Of a stretch of 51,260 nt of DNA, positions 1 through 12,900 are shown in pieces. Source of the stretch: Callorhinchus milii (Eukaryota); the NCBI RefSeq assembly GCF_018977255.1, contig NW_024705369.1:1-51260 (forward strand), read 5' to 3'. The notes under the pieces were generated by a model that saw only the letters and a list, made by a program, of their open reading frames with translations, searched no databases and had not been told where the DNA came from. A program made the position numbers and the translations under genes. How positions within the stretch are numbered: position 1 is the stretch's first letter; each line of letters opens with the position of its first letter.

Positions 1-508
1 TCGATTCTTCAATGTGGAGTTGATCACAAATCGGGACAATTTATTCAATCGCAGAGAGAGTGAATGGGGGAGTTGGTGAATCCTTAAACCCATAATGCGC
101 ATGTCCTATACATTGGCGCAACGCCTACAGATGTCGTTACTTCGGGGAAAGGTGCAGCCCTGCAATCGCTCGCTCACGCCACTGCTGAAGGGAGAGCCTC
201 CACTACTAGAGGAAGCTCTCGAGAGCTCCTGTAAAGGGTGTTTGACTTATTCTTCCACGCTGGTCATATGTCGATTTAACTGTGACATTCCAATTATGCT
301 GCTGGGTAGACATAGGCAAAGGGGGTGGGGGAGGTAATCTGAATCTTGTATTGTATTTCCCCGGGTATATCTATTAAAACTAAACTATTTGTTATTTTAC
401 CAGGTAATGCCCACTGAGCTCTATAGCTCTTTTTCTGAAGGGATCTGGCCATGAATGATGCCAACAAAGTTGCTTATAGCAGCCAAAAACCCTCGGCGCA
501 TTTTTATT

Positions 509-680
509 CTAAATGTGAAGGGGGGGAAAAACGGAGAGCCTGGAGAGAAATCCACGCGACCACGAGGACAGCGACATGCAAATTTCTAATATACAACAAC
601 AGGCGTCAAGGAGTCGGGATCGAACTCACAACCTCCTGTATGCCAGGCAATGTAGTTAGCATCTCGCCACCGTGGCACCC
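509..680 (-). mobile_element. tRNA-derived SINE with V-domain-like core
   Basis: The minus strand begins GGGTGCCACGGTGGCGAGATGCTAAC (A-box-like), then GAGTTCGATCCCGACTC (B box), then TTGCATGTC...GTGGTCGCGTGGATTTCTCTCCAGGCTCTCCGTTTTT. This resembles the V-SINE central domain and matches 33679-33747. The 3' boundary is uncertain. Confidence 0.75.
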
Positions 681-848
681 TATATCAGTGGGGACAACAG
701 CAGCTATAGCTTGCCACGAACCCACGACTCCTGTATGCCAGGCAAGGTAGTTAGCATCTCGCACCGTGGCACCCATATCAGTGGGGACAACAGCACCTAT
801 AGCTTGCCACGAACCCACGACCTCCTTTATGCCAGGCAAGGTAGTTAA
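621..848. repeat. Tandem repeat, ~93-96 bp unit, ~2.4 copies, containing the SINE tRNA-like head
   Basis: Units start at 621, 717 and 810 (CGAAC(T/C)CAC(A/G)AC...ATGCCAGGCAA(T/G)GTAGTTA...GGGGACAACAGCA.CTATAGCTTGCCA). Confidence 0.9.
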
Positions 849-877
849 CTCTAGTTTTGAAGCTTTCGTGACTGCAA

Positions 878-907
878 NNNNNNNNNNNNNNNNNNNNNNN
901 NNNNNNN
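878..907. other. Assembly gap (30 N)
   Basis: Run of 30 N. Confidence 1.
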
Positions 908-3900
908 AGATGGAATAGGAAGAGTCGTATAAGGGTGAAGCACCCACTAGTGCGCAGCAGGGTGGCTTGCTGAGGGAAAGGTTGTAGGCCCTAGTCGGCG
1001 GTGACAGTTGGCCAGCACAGGGTACAAATATCGTGTATAATTGCTGGCTGCAGGTGCTCGGACGGGCGGCCTCTGTGGTCCGGAAGATCTGCGGTTTGAA
1101 ACAGATCCATAGACGCACGGGCAAGTGACAGGTTTGGTTATACACTCGAGTAACTGTGTTCGCCGATTCAGCACGGCGTGCAACGACTGGGAACTTAGAC
1201 AATGTGCGAAGTATGATCTAAACGAATTCGCGGCATAGACATAACTATCATCCTTGATTTCTGTGACTCGCTACCATAGGCGTAAGTCTAGTGGACGAAA
1301 GCGAAACAATAAACGAGCGATCGTGCAAAAGGCTCAAGGCAGCTTAGCTGCTCGACAAAATGGTGAATATAAAAGCTAAGGCGGTGGTGATCACTATACT
1401 TTCCGCGTAAATGGGGGGGCGAATCGCCGGACATAATGGCTGCATGAGTGTGCACTGCGTTTACCTACGGGGGCTTAGCTCTGAGCCGCGTACTCAAGTC
1501 TGCATGGGAACGCCGGTAGCATTATAGCGTTCTGAGGAGTATTCCAATAAATGTTGGCCTGGGCGTACACGCGAGGGTGCCATATAGCGATACCGAGCCA
1601 TCGAGTCTGTGGCACTGGCCCTGTCAGATATGGTTAGTAAGCTCTATGTTAAGTGTATCGAGTCTTTCCGGGATGCCTGAGTGCTAAATTGCACAGCAAA
1701 GTCTCTCGCTGTGATTTGATAGCGCATTCTGACTATGGCACATGCCTGGCGTTCACCAACTAGTCGTGGTATGGACTGCCAGTTTATCTTGTCTGATGAA
1801 CTCTAGAGTAGGGGCGCTCGGAGGCCGTCAGAGGCGGTGGGTTTACGCCTGATGCAGAACTAGAGCCTTGAACGAATCAGTAATCCACGACTCACTTTGA
1901 TGGCGAGAAATTCCGTAAGCCGGGCAAAAATGACATGACCTGTAGGACTAATCGCCATTGGCGACACTAGGATAGTCCCAACGGGTGATAAAATTGGTTG
2001 ATGGGTCACTCCCCCATGCCGCTTGCCACTGCCTCTAGAGCATTTCCTCAGTACATAATCCACTCGTGTGATGATGCGACCCAGACAGTTTATACTATCG
2101 AGGTCCCAATGCGAGCAATAACTCATCCTCAAGTTCGGCATGATTCTTCTGAATTTGACGCGGCGTAAGACTCGTGGAACGTCTACAGTCCGAGAAGAGC
2201 TTGTCTAACCAGTGTCGTCTCAACTGAGGCGACCAAGATCTTCATGCGACTGGGGCATGAGCTAGTGCGCCCCCCCTTCTTTCATAATGGGTGATGTCGG
2301 GTATAAGATGTGCTAGTTTGAACCTCATGTGACAGGGATCTAAAGGCAAACGTCCGTCTCCGATATCGTATTCTACGGCCTCAGCGAAGCTTACGTTCTC
2401 GCAGCAAGACTACTAATAATGATGATGTGGTCCTTAGGTTAAGGCAGTATAGCCCTACTAGGGCAATATTTGAGTCCCCGGTGCAACCCAAGCATGCTAC
2501 CATGCTCGCTGTCTACACGAGGAATACTCCAACTAAGATCGCGACGTAGAGATAAGGTGTTATGGTCCGGCTACTGGTGGAATAAACTCGGTGAGTGTGA
2601 CTCCGTTTTGGGTTGCTGTGCGTGTAATACGCAGGGAACGACATCTATTCGGCGTATTGCCCAATTCATATACTTCAGATCTTACCAACTGCACCCCACC
2701 GTAGGCCGAAAACAGCTGGGGAAGTCATTCGCAAGGCCTGCCGGCAGTACTATTACCTGGTCAGCCACATTAATTCGAGAATGCACATCTTGGATCTAGG
2801 AGCTAGCGCCTGATAAAAAAAACGTTAAGTTCTTTGCGGACAGATGGATTTGTAAGACGCGAAGACTGATTAGGAATTGGTATGCCTTTCCACTCACAAT
2901 GCATATCGTAGACGATCTTAACGATCGACCAGAAACTAATGATAAATGATGTTTCGAATCGACTAATTAATAGCACTTCAGCTGCGCTATTGCAGGCCAA
3001 TGATATAATATTGACCTCGCCTCTCATAGTATTGTTTAGGGACGGTAGAGTATTGGTGTCGCGGTCCGGGGCAGCGACAGAGCTCGGACGTTGCTCTCGC
3101 GGTACTAACAATAAACAGATGGAAGGAACTACTGTATTAATGCAACACTCCCTCAATGAATTAGCTTCTCTGGTATAGACTCCGGGTGTCAACTTTCCTG
3201 CCGTCTATCATTGACTTTTGTGGTTAGATTTCCGTCAGGCCGATAGCTGTGAGGATATTCATTCATGATCTAGACTGTCCGAGTTGATGTCGCATGCAAG
3301 AATGATCATTTGCCTTAAACCGAGCCACCATGCTATCATACCTATAAAGTATCCTCATGCGGGGGGGCCCTTCGCGTGTAAGATTCAGATTCTCCGTAGG
3401 CCGATCTCGATGTATCGTTGCATCAGGCCATCCTCGTAGGGCAGCAACCGGTCCTCAATTAGAGCGAGGGTTAGCTAGGAGCTTGTTGAGTGGTACCTTG
3501 CTGCCGCCAGGAGAGTGGCAGGGTTGCCGTCTACAGCCTTAGGAGACAAATTTGCTACGCTCCGGTGCGGTACTAGATACTTCACTCGCAGTCGGGTTCG
3601 ACATCGTGTGTCTTGTGATCCGAGGAATCTATTGCACAAATAGAACGGGCCGATTCTTAGTTATAACGCGCCGCGATATCTAGTGTACTGAACCATCCGT
3701 ATTGACCTCCGTGCAGCCCCCGTGACCTAGTGGTTTATGTACATGAATAACGTGAGCGGCGGGACACGCATGGAAGCATTTTGGAAAAGGCGATAACGCC
3801 TTGCTCCAGTGATACCATCCTTACATCCTAGTAGAATGCTGGAGGTACTTTAGCGAAACATCATAAGACATAGAGACAGTCAATTACTGAATTAAGGACT

Positions 3901-6900
3901 GGCACTTCTGAACTGCCCCCCAAAACACGACAGGACTGATACGTCGATATTCCAGTAAGAGGCATTCAAATTTTTTCCCTATAACCAGCGACAGTCAGCA
4001 TATACTGTTCCGCTATCGGGCATGAACGACACTCGTGTGAGAAGACAGTTAAACGTACACTAATTGGGGAGTAAGGGACAGGGAACGTCACGCATTAGTG
4101 TGTGATCGACACGAATAAGACATTCTGTCACTCGCCAGTATCGGTCTAACCCTGTAACAAGGTATAGCCATGTTCAACGACTACAAGTGGATCAGCACAC
4201 GGACATAATGGCAACACATACTAATAAATGTAGAACAGGGCCGACCTGGTAGCTCGGCTGATTTACATAAACCGCGTGTACTCGTCAGTTTGATATTATA
4301 GCTGTTCCATTTGACTCCTAGACTTGACCCTTTCACAGCAAATGACATGATTTCAGTATCCTATTATTACCGTGGCCAACATGTCGCGTTACCCATACCA
4401 ACACGCTCATGGTCCCGCTGAACCCACACTGGATGATAGTTTGTTCCCCGCAGTCGTTACAAGCCAAATCGGGTATACTGCCCTCTTTACTTGCATGACA
4501 TTCGCCTGGACCCTTATAACAAAGCAAAGAGTGAGAGATATTTGCCTCGCGCCTGGGCTCTTATCTTTCATGGACAATATATACTTACCATGAGATTTGT
4601 ACTGTATGTGCATTTAGACCGTTGCAATATCCCGGCGGTGTGTGAAGACCGCGTGGCAGAGGAAACTACGTGTCGGTCTAAACTTCCCCATCGAATATGA
4701 CGCCGGGCTAGCAGTGAGTATTGCCTATAAGTGATTGTTAGCGGGGTCGAGCCGATTGCGATGGAAATGGTTTCTAGTTACTCCTGCGTTGGACGGTGCG
4801 GGATCCACGGTACTAACGTCGGGGCTCCGATCTACCCTCAAAGCGCAGGATTATCCAGAGTTTCCATTCCGCGTCAAGAATTAGGGCCTCCCTGGAAGTA
4901 AAGAACTAGCTACGAAGATAGCCTACGCGCGCACTTCCGAGCACCTGAAAACGGCTTTTTTGGGAAGCTATGCGAGCGTAACAGCTACGTCGCGATAGCC
5001 GCGATGGCATTGCGCCTAGTGGACTCAGCTTTTCCCGGTAATAACCCGAGAACACGCCTAACTATGTTTGCCAGTAGAATAACAGGAAGGGAGAGCCCAT
5101 TCGGGCCGCCGCGCGCGGTAGGGTATCTCGGCATTTCTTTGTTACTCCGATCCTTACAAAAGAAATCAGACGAATAAGCGACTAGACTTGCAATATGAGC
5201 TCCCCGGAGTGATACAATGATGTAATCAGCGATTTCTCGGGTTGGTATTTTCTGCTGCAGAGCTACCAATCGCTAACTTCTCCGGGACACAGTGTAGGGG
5301 TTCAGTTGCTGATGTCCACCCGTCACCGAAGACATGTCAGTATGTCCCCCGGGAGCTCGAAATTTTCAGACTGACGCGTCCGGTGATTCTGCTACCGTAA
5401 AGTCATACTAAAAGACTAGGTGTGCGCAGGTGTCTCCTGCTCATAAAGTTCTGTCTTCCAGGTGCCTAGATGCTGACGCACCTTCCAAGCGTCCTAAGCA
5501 GGACTTGTTAGTACCACCTTTGCCGCACGTAACCTAATATGTCTCTAGAGTGGATCTACAGACCCGCTGTAAGAAACTCATCAGCGATATGTCACGCGGA
5601 TGCCCCCTGTACACGGGTTTAAGACACGTGAAATCACTTCCCGGCTAACACGAAGGTGATATCTGGGCGATAGTACTCCATCTATCGGCCCGGCTTCTGT
5701 CTAAACGTTATATGTAGTAAATCAGAACTTTTTGGTCGTGCGGATTCACTACGAACAGCCGCCTGGTCTAAAAAGCTTAGGGAGATAAATTGTGAGGAAT
5801 GAACTTAGACTGAATTTCTAAATAAGCTCGTAGTCGCGAGCCCAATAACCACTGAATTGTCTACTTCGAAACGGCTCCACTCTCCACTGGCCAACTCTCC
5901 CTGCCTACAGCACGAACAGTGCATACGGGGCACGCCTGCCCTACCGAGATGCAACCACGGATGGGGCGGGCCGGAGGGCTTACTCGCACTTCTGACTGTG
6001 GCTGACGTGGGGGAGTATATTGTAGAATGTCCCACTCTTCTTCAAGCCGGGCTACACAACGATTAAAGTGGTAGGTATAGGTCTCATATACTCGTACCTT
6101 CACTAATCGAGGGATAACGTGTGCGTTATTCCCTATCGCCTGATGCTACCCTGTATTACGGGCACGTAATCAGGCTAGACCTCGGTGCATGTAACCGTTA
6201 CGCGCCGTAGTACAATGATTCGAATGTCAAGTCTAGAAAATAACAGAGATAGAACTCTAGCACCCATTCCTCTGCTTGTGGTTAGTCCCAACCCACTGCG
6301 GTGAGAAAGTCTGACGTCGTAACCCTTCACTGTTGGCTGGTTATGTACACAAAAAGTGAGAGAGGCGGCGGTCGATCAAAATATCTCAATTTGAATACAG
6401 GCTCGATAGGACACAAGCGAAACGCGGGGAGGCTGCCTGAGGAGGCCATGCATGCAGGGCCACATTCCACTCCTCAAAATGACATAGGTAAACTAGAAAC
6501 TACAGTTGGCAAAGTTCATACAACTGTTCCAGGGACGTTGATTGTTAGAGACTAGTAGGTAAGATGATTTGTCGCGATGACCTCAGGAAACAAGTCAGAG
6601 AACTATATAAGAGCGCATGTATCGCCATCACGTCCCGTGAACATCGGTTGCGTCCCCACTGGCCAACGACCCAGCATCAAGGGAGGAGGGGCCGCCGACC
6701 GAACCACTAAATTAGAATCAATGTTAAGGTTCGGTATTAGTAAGCATTAGAGCTCATGTTTCCATGATCTCCGTGCTGGAGACATGGACCCTGATAGGTA
6801 TATAGCCCCCAACAGGTTCGCCAAAATTTTGAAGGGACAGCAGGGAAGCCGAGGAATAGCGCTGGCTCAAGTTGGTTAAATTCATGCTCTCGGATATCTT

Positions 6901-9900
6901 ATTTTCGTGCGTCACGCTCTCCCGAGTGTATATCAGGCGTCGTACACTTGTCGGCGTCAGATTGGATGCGTAAACCAGGTCACGTGAGGGGAACACCGGT
7001 CAACGGTCATGGCGAGACGCGAAGGTATGCGGTGACCTTAAGATCGGTAGGGAACCGATACAATTGTACATAGTCTTCAATCCGGTTCATAACACAAAAG
7101 ACTCACTAAACTGCTGACGTCTACCGTAGGGCATATACACCTCAACCCGCGTTATTCCTTCGCCGAGATCAGTGCTCCTTTTCAGCACCCTGGATGCCCG
7201 CAGTGCCTCCGCGGCGAATGAAATTTTTAACGTTAAGTACCAAGTGGTGTCGGCTCGCGACACACCAGAACAGATCAGTTTCCGGTAGACTACACGGCGC
7301 TAGCGTCTCACCCCGGTTTGGATTCAGGTGCGTCGGCGTGATGTCGGTATCACATTCTTTACTCGAAAGCTTACTCTAGTACGATGCGGGAAGAAACCGC
7401 CATTTTCGATTGGCTTCCAGTACATGTTATCTGACACCAAGAGATACCTAGCGGATGCTGGCATCCTTCCAGGGCCGCGGCATCATGTAGTCCTAATCAC
7501 ATAATGGACCCCTCACGCCAACCTTATGGAGTGCATGGGCGGTCGCTCCAACTGCCGACGACCATTAACAAATTGATTAATATGGCTATCTGTAGGACTG
7601 CGGAGATTCGACTCCAGAGACCAAAACAAATCTACTCGCGCATAACCCGGAATCAGGCAGGGTCACAGCTCGTCAAACGGTCACGACCACTTACCCGTTA
7701 TGAACGTAGCTATGATCCCTAGAATTAAGAAGCGACGTCCCATAACCGCACTGCCCTTCCTTGTGTTTCCCGACTTTGACTGTGCTCCCTACCCAGGCCA
7801 CTCTGTATCGGGAAAAACTCTGAACACCCCATAGTACTATGTTTTTGTGGTTGTGTATGCCTTATTTCAGTTTAAGTCCAGGGGGAGATCACTCCGGACT
7901 ATCAAAGACAAGGGAGTTGACAAGTTATAGACAATTGTCGGGACTTTGAGCCTAGTCTAGAAGCGCCCGTTAGAAGAAATCGTCACCTATAACCCGGAAG
8001 TAGTAGTTTGCCGCATAAAGGTCTGGGAGAAACTCCGTCTGGGCATTTGGCCTCGCGAACTAGACCCAACATATCTGATGCTCGCACGCCTGCTCCTAGC
8101 ACCCATTGTATATAGTGGCTAAGCTCGGACCGCATGGTACTAGTGCCACAAGCTCTTTGAAGCAGTAAGTGTGGGCAATTGCGGCAAAGAGCTAGGTATC
8201 CCCGGTGACCTTATGGCGCGCTACTTGTGCACACTTGTGACGATATGGGAAGTACCTATTCACAAAATTAGAAAAATTAAAAGCGGCGTGTTGGCCGAGA
8301 CTAAGCCGACCACGCTTGAGCAACTTAAACAAATATGGGGTATGCCGTTGGTTCGACTGCTCCAGTGAGGAAGATTAAGCTATATAAAAGTTGAGCATAG
8401 GTTAGCAATAAGCCTCCATACTCATTGCGGATAGATGACTTTTTGAGTGGGGAATAGGTCAATCCGGAAGCTGTTGACATGCATGTAGGGGGTAGCTCGG
8501 GAGGGGACAAAAACCCCAGCAGGCCAAATAAGTGGATCGTTATTCATAAAATGTTCCCGAAACTAAATTGTCAGTATATCCACCCAGACGGTTCTCTGGC
8601 CAACACGGGTGTGCAGACGGCAGAGAACCTCCCCCCCAAATGCACCCTCCCCTTCACTGTGTGTGAATTCCTGCTCCAGATCCCTGAGGCGAGCTGGCTA
8701 GCGTGGTACGGCGAAATCGAATCCTCATCACCTCCAGCAGGGTCAGAGCATAAGACTACTAAAGTGGCGTTTTCCGCAACCACCGTGTTAGCCTACGGTG
8801 GAGGGATGTGGTGCCGGGACCGGCTAAGAGTGAGTGCTGTTTCTGTCCGAGAACAACATAGATTATCTGCCGATACGTACGGCGTAAGGCTGCAATGGAT
8901 TCGTGAGAATATCCGCATTCGGGTCCGGTGCAGAAAAACCTACGCGGGTGGTGATTTGTATGCTATTAGTTCGAAAATCCGGTGATTACGTTGCAGGGCA
9001 GTCATCGGCTGAGATATGCCCTGTTCAAGGTGGTCGCCCCAGATGAACGCGTATTCAACAGAAAGGAATATTTGCACCATCCGTCGTAAGCTTGTGCCGG
9101 CACAAGACTCGCAGCAGTTCTGCAGCGAGTTTAGAAGCATTGTCTAGTACAAGTTATGGAGAAACCATTATATGATCGGTACGGATAGTAAGACCATCTG
9201 GACCAATAGGTCGGGAATAAATCTGAGCTCACGTGCTTCAAGTGCAGCCAAGGATCGCTCATAGTGACATCTGTGAAAAATTGACAGTATCAACAGAAAC
9301 GCCAGAGTTTCGCAGTCAACGGTATGTAAGCCCTCTTATGGGCACGGGCTACGCGACGACGACATGCTACTGTTATTTGTTATGAATAGACTCCTGATGG
9401 GCCAGGTCCCCTGATTGTTGTCCACGTCCCCATTGCTTATTAACATTCGAGATCTACTGTGACCGCACGCTTTAAACCCGGCAGTCCGCGGCTTACACTA
9501 TTGGTGAGTAGGCTTCCGACTGCGGGCCAGGGTCACGTCGCGTCCATACCACTATCTCTAATGCCTAAGTTAGCGACCTGGTAGAATGATGCCACTTTGA
9601 GAGAACACACCGCGTCGAAAAGCCTTAGTCCCATTATTTCTAACACGTAACAACGTAGCTACGAATGCAGGGGATCTTTGTAGGAAATTCGTAAGAGAGC
9701 AGTTCTACTCCTTCTCTCGCACTTTCCATGGACTCAGGGATAGCGATGTAATCTTATGGCAGGTTGCACTCTATCGGTAGTATACGAGCCACATGGTGTC
9801 ACTGGCGTTAAAAAATATTTGTGGGAACATATTACTAGACTTCTGGCTGTGACGTTCCTGAGGCCTGTTGCGGTAGGGAAGCGCCTGTGGTCCGCGTTAT

Positions 9901-12900
9901 CCCGCGAAAGGATTAGTACGCAGAACCCAGACTAGTACGTCGACTGACAACAGCGTGCCCAGCAGCAATTTGACGACGCAATTCCAGTGAGAGGCGCGGG
10001 GGCCATCGCCACGATGACGGGAGGTCTCTTGTACATCTCGAATCCCGGGTTCCCGGTCGCCAGCCTTACTATGGTAGTTCATAGCTGCCATCAAGCACCT
10101 GGTGGTTTAGCAGAAGGGTTCGCGAAAGAAACACCGATCCAAGCAGTCAATTTAGCCGTGTCAAGTACATGAGACAGGGTCTCAGACAGCGTGTTGTTCC
10201 ACCGGCGACCGTATAGCGAGCGGCACTTCTACGACAGCCAGAAAACTCTTGTCATCCTGTACTATGACCTCAAAGCCCGTGTTCAGGAGATCGCAGATAA
10301 CGACTTCGCCGAGGTCCAACCTCCATATATTTCTCGCTTATCGACAAACCACTACGAAAACAAACAAGCGAATGTACTTGGATTTTAAGCAAATGTAAAT
10401 AGCACCTGTCGCGACTCTGAGTACGGGGCGACACTCTAAATACATCCTCCAACCGGGCCCGGGCGTCCGCTCGGCCACTTCCCTTGAGTTTTCGAGTCCA
10501 AAGTAACGCGGTCCCTACTATGACACGAGATGGACAGTGCTAAGAGAAGACCTCGTAAGGTTGTGGATAGGAACCCCCTATGCCTGAGGGCGAGCAACCG
10601 GTGCAGTCGCTAAGTGGCCGAACAACTGATACCGGATCGCGGTACGTAGGTCATCTTTGTCTCATATGCCTAATATTCCTGCTCAGCCTTGTGTATGGAA
10701 ATTGTGATCTTTAACATTGAATCAATAGGTACATTCCGACGCTTATCCCAGACGCCCGGAATTATGAATGCAAACAAGATTTTGGCTGCATTCTGCTTTC
10801 CCCACTCGACTCACGGGCCAGGAGTAGATTTGCACATCGTTCGTGCGTTCTGACCACAAAATTTTAACAGTAGTCGACTTCCGGTTGCCGAGCGTCTGAA
10901 TCAGCCCACTTGGATACACCGGGAGAGACAATTAGGATCATCGGTCTTTGCTTCACCCGCCTATTTCCCCAATAAAACTGCTACCTGTCAGGTATGGGGA
11001 AGAATCTGGGCAGCCGACCGGCTGCAGCATCTAGTGCACAGTTGACGATAGAGGTGGATAATTTCGCATCAGGCGTTGATATTTTTCCCGAGTCTGGTTG
11101 GCCCATACGGGGTCTCTCAGCCTCCTCTCTCCAGTAGTGTCCTTCTTGTAGGTGACATGGATAAAACCAGGAATTCAGTAGTATACGGTATGAGTACGGT
11201 GACTCATCGTGGTCGCAACAGCATGGGCACCAGATACTGACCCATACAGAAGTAGGCCGGCATCTTCAAGGTTTCAGCACGTGAGCTGCGGTGAGGTGGC
11301 AACACAAGCTGGGTATCTACGTTCTTGGCGCCGCGCAACCTCGTATTAGTTAATGACTTCGTAGCACTGCATGCTACCCCCACGCATATTCAATTTGCGA
11401 GCGAGAACCAGAAGAATCACGTTGTCCTCCACCCGTGCTTACTATAAGAGTTGCTTGAATAGGCGCTGGTCTCCGCGTAACTGCTCGTATCTAACTACGG
11501 ATTTCAGCGTCGAGTGGCGTGTCCCACCCCCAGTAGGGCCCTAATATTCCGGTAATGTTTTCGGGAATATCCTTGTGATACACCCGAAAACGAACTTATG
11601 CGCAGACGGGATCACGAAGATCCGGAGCACGCGCAATAGATTCAGGAACTTATGCTTGCCTCACCAGTTTAACACCTGAAATGCAGGTGAATAGGGGGTG
11701 TGAATCCCATGAATATTAACTAAAGCTTGAGATGGGAATAAGTTATTATCTCCCAGTGGTGAGCAGGCACGTCAATATGCAAGGCCGCATACTAGCCAGG
11801 TTAAAGGGCGGGCTAATGAAACAATAGCCGATATCCAGGAACGGGCGCAAAGATTAAAACCTGTGTCGGTTATGGTACATTTCTTCTATGAGCTGTTACA
11901 TTATTTTCGAGACAGTCCCATGAGAGAGCAAAGGTCATTTCGGCCCCTATCCAAGTGGTATACAAATCCAGGGTTAGCACCCACACATGACATATGGACA
12001 CCTATTCCTGATTCTAAACCTCTAGCTGTGGGTACGGCCGCCGATGATCCACCATAACTGTTCCTTCCCTTCATCTGGTATCGATAGCCCGACACTGATG
12101 GGGTTTAATCCGAACTGCTAAACCACAATATCACAGTTGTGACGAACGTGTTCACGAATAACTTGGTGGTAGGGCACGACTAAAAGGCCGCATTTGGGAA
12201 AGGGAAGGGATCAAGGCTCCTGCAATTAGTGACTAGTCGCTGTATGCCATCAGAAGATTTCTTTAAGGACATTGTTACACAGTCCCTCCGCTCAAGACAG
12301 AATAGAATATCCCAGCGCGACTAGTGATCATCGGTTACTAACTTTCTCCCCCAGTGGGACCCGAACTCTGACCAGCAGGCAGCAGGCGTCAGGCAGAGAG
12401 GATCGATGTCAGACGTTTCCCCTGTACGAAGCGTGGTTCAAATCGGTAGGTTCCCGGGGTCGCTTTCATTTTTGTGGCATTGGCCCTGGCTCTGGAGAAT
12501 ATCAGCAGAGCTAAGGATTGGCAAGTGGGAGATTTTTGAACCTGTACATGATCCAGGCACGTGCAACGCTTCCAGTGGCATCGTGAAACCAAATCCAGTT
12601 GGCTGGCGCTCCCGCACTACATCCGATGAAGCCGTCTCGCGTCAACAACTGTGGAGATTCATTGTCTATTGCGGCCCATATATCGAAACGGTAGGGACAC
12701 ATCCAGATCATAACGAGTACGCTACACTCCAGCAGACTTGCTCAATAGGTATCGGTGCTATGCCAGGAGTGGCCACATACAAGCTCGCTTGTCGTTGGCT
12801 CAGCAGCGGCATAAAACTTTCGAGCCGCACCGCGCTCACGCTAGGAGGGTTTTCTTTATGCACCGGATACGGCGTGTAACATGTTCACTTTAAGTATGAG

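Noticed and set aside
606..1202. 198-aa minus-strand ORF with an internal repeat
   Set aside because: It reads through the N gap, and its repeat is just the SINE-head tandem array.
8479..8985. Longest ORF in the central block (168 aa), plus 12406-12879 (157 aa) and 14740-15162 (140 aa)
   Set aside because: The lengths match random expectation, and there are no recognisable motifs or gene-like organisation.
10191..10388. Short ORF with a protein-like, GC3-rich stretch (HFYDSQKTLVILYYDLKARVQEIADNDF)
   Set aside because: It is 65 aa with no recognised homology or convincing splice context. A few such stretches are expected among many random ORFs. A significant BLASTP hit would reverse this.
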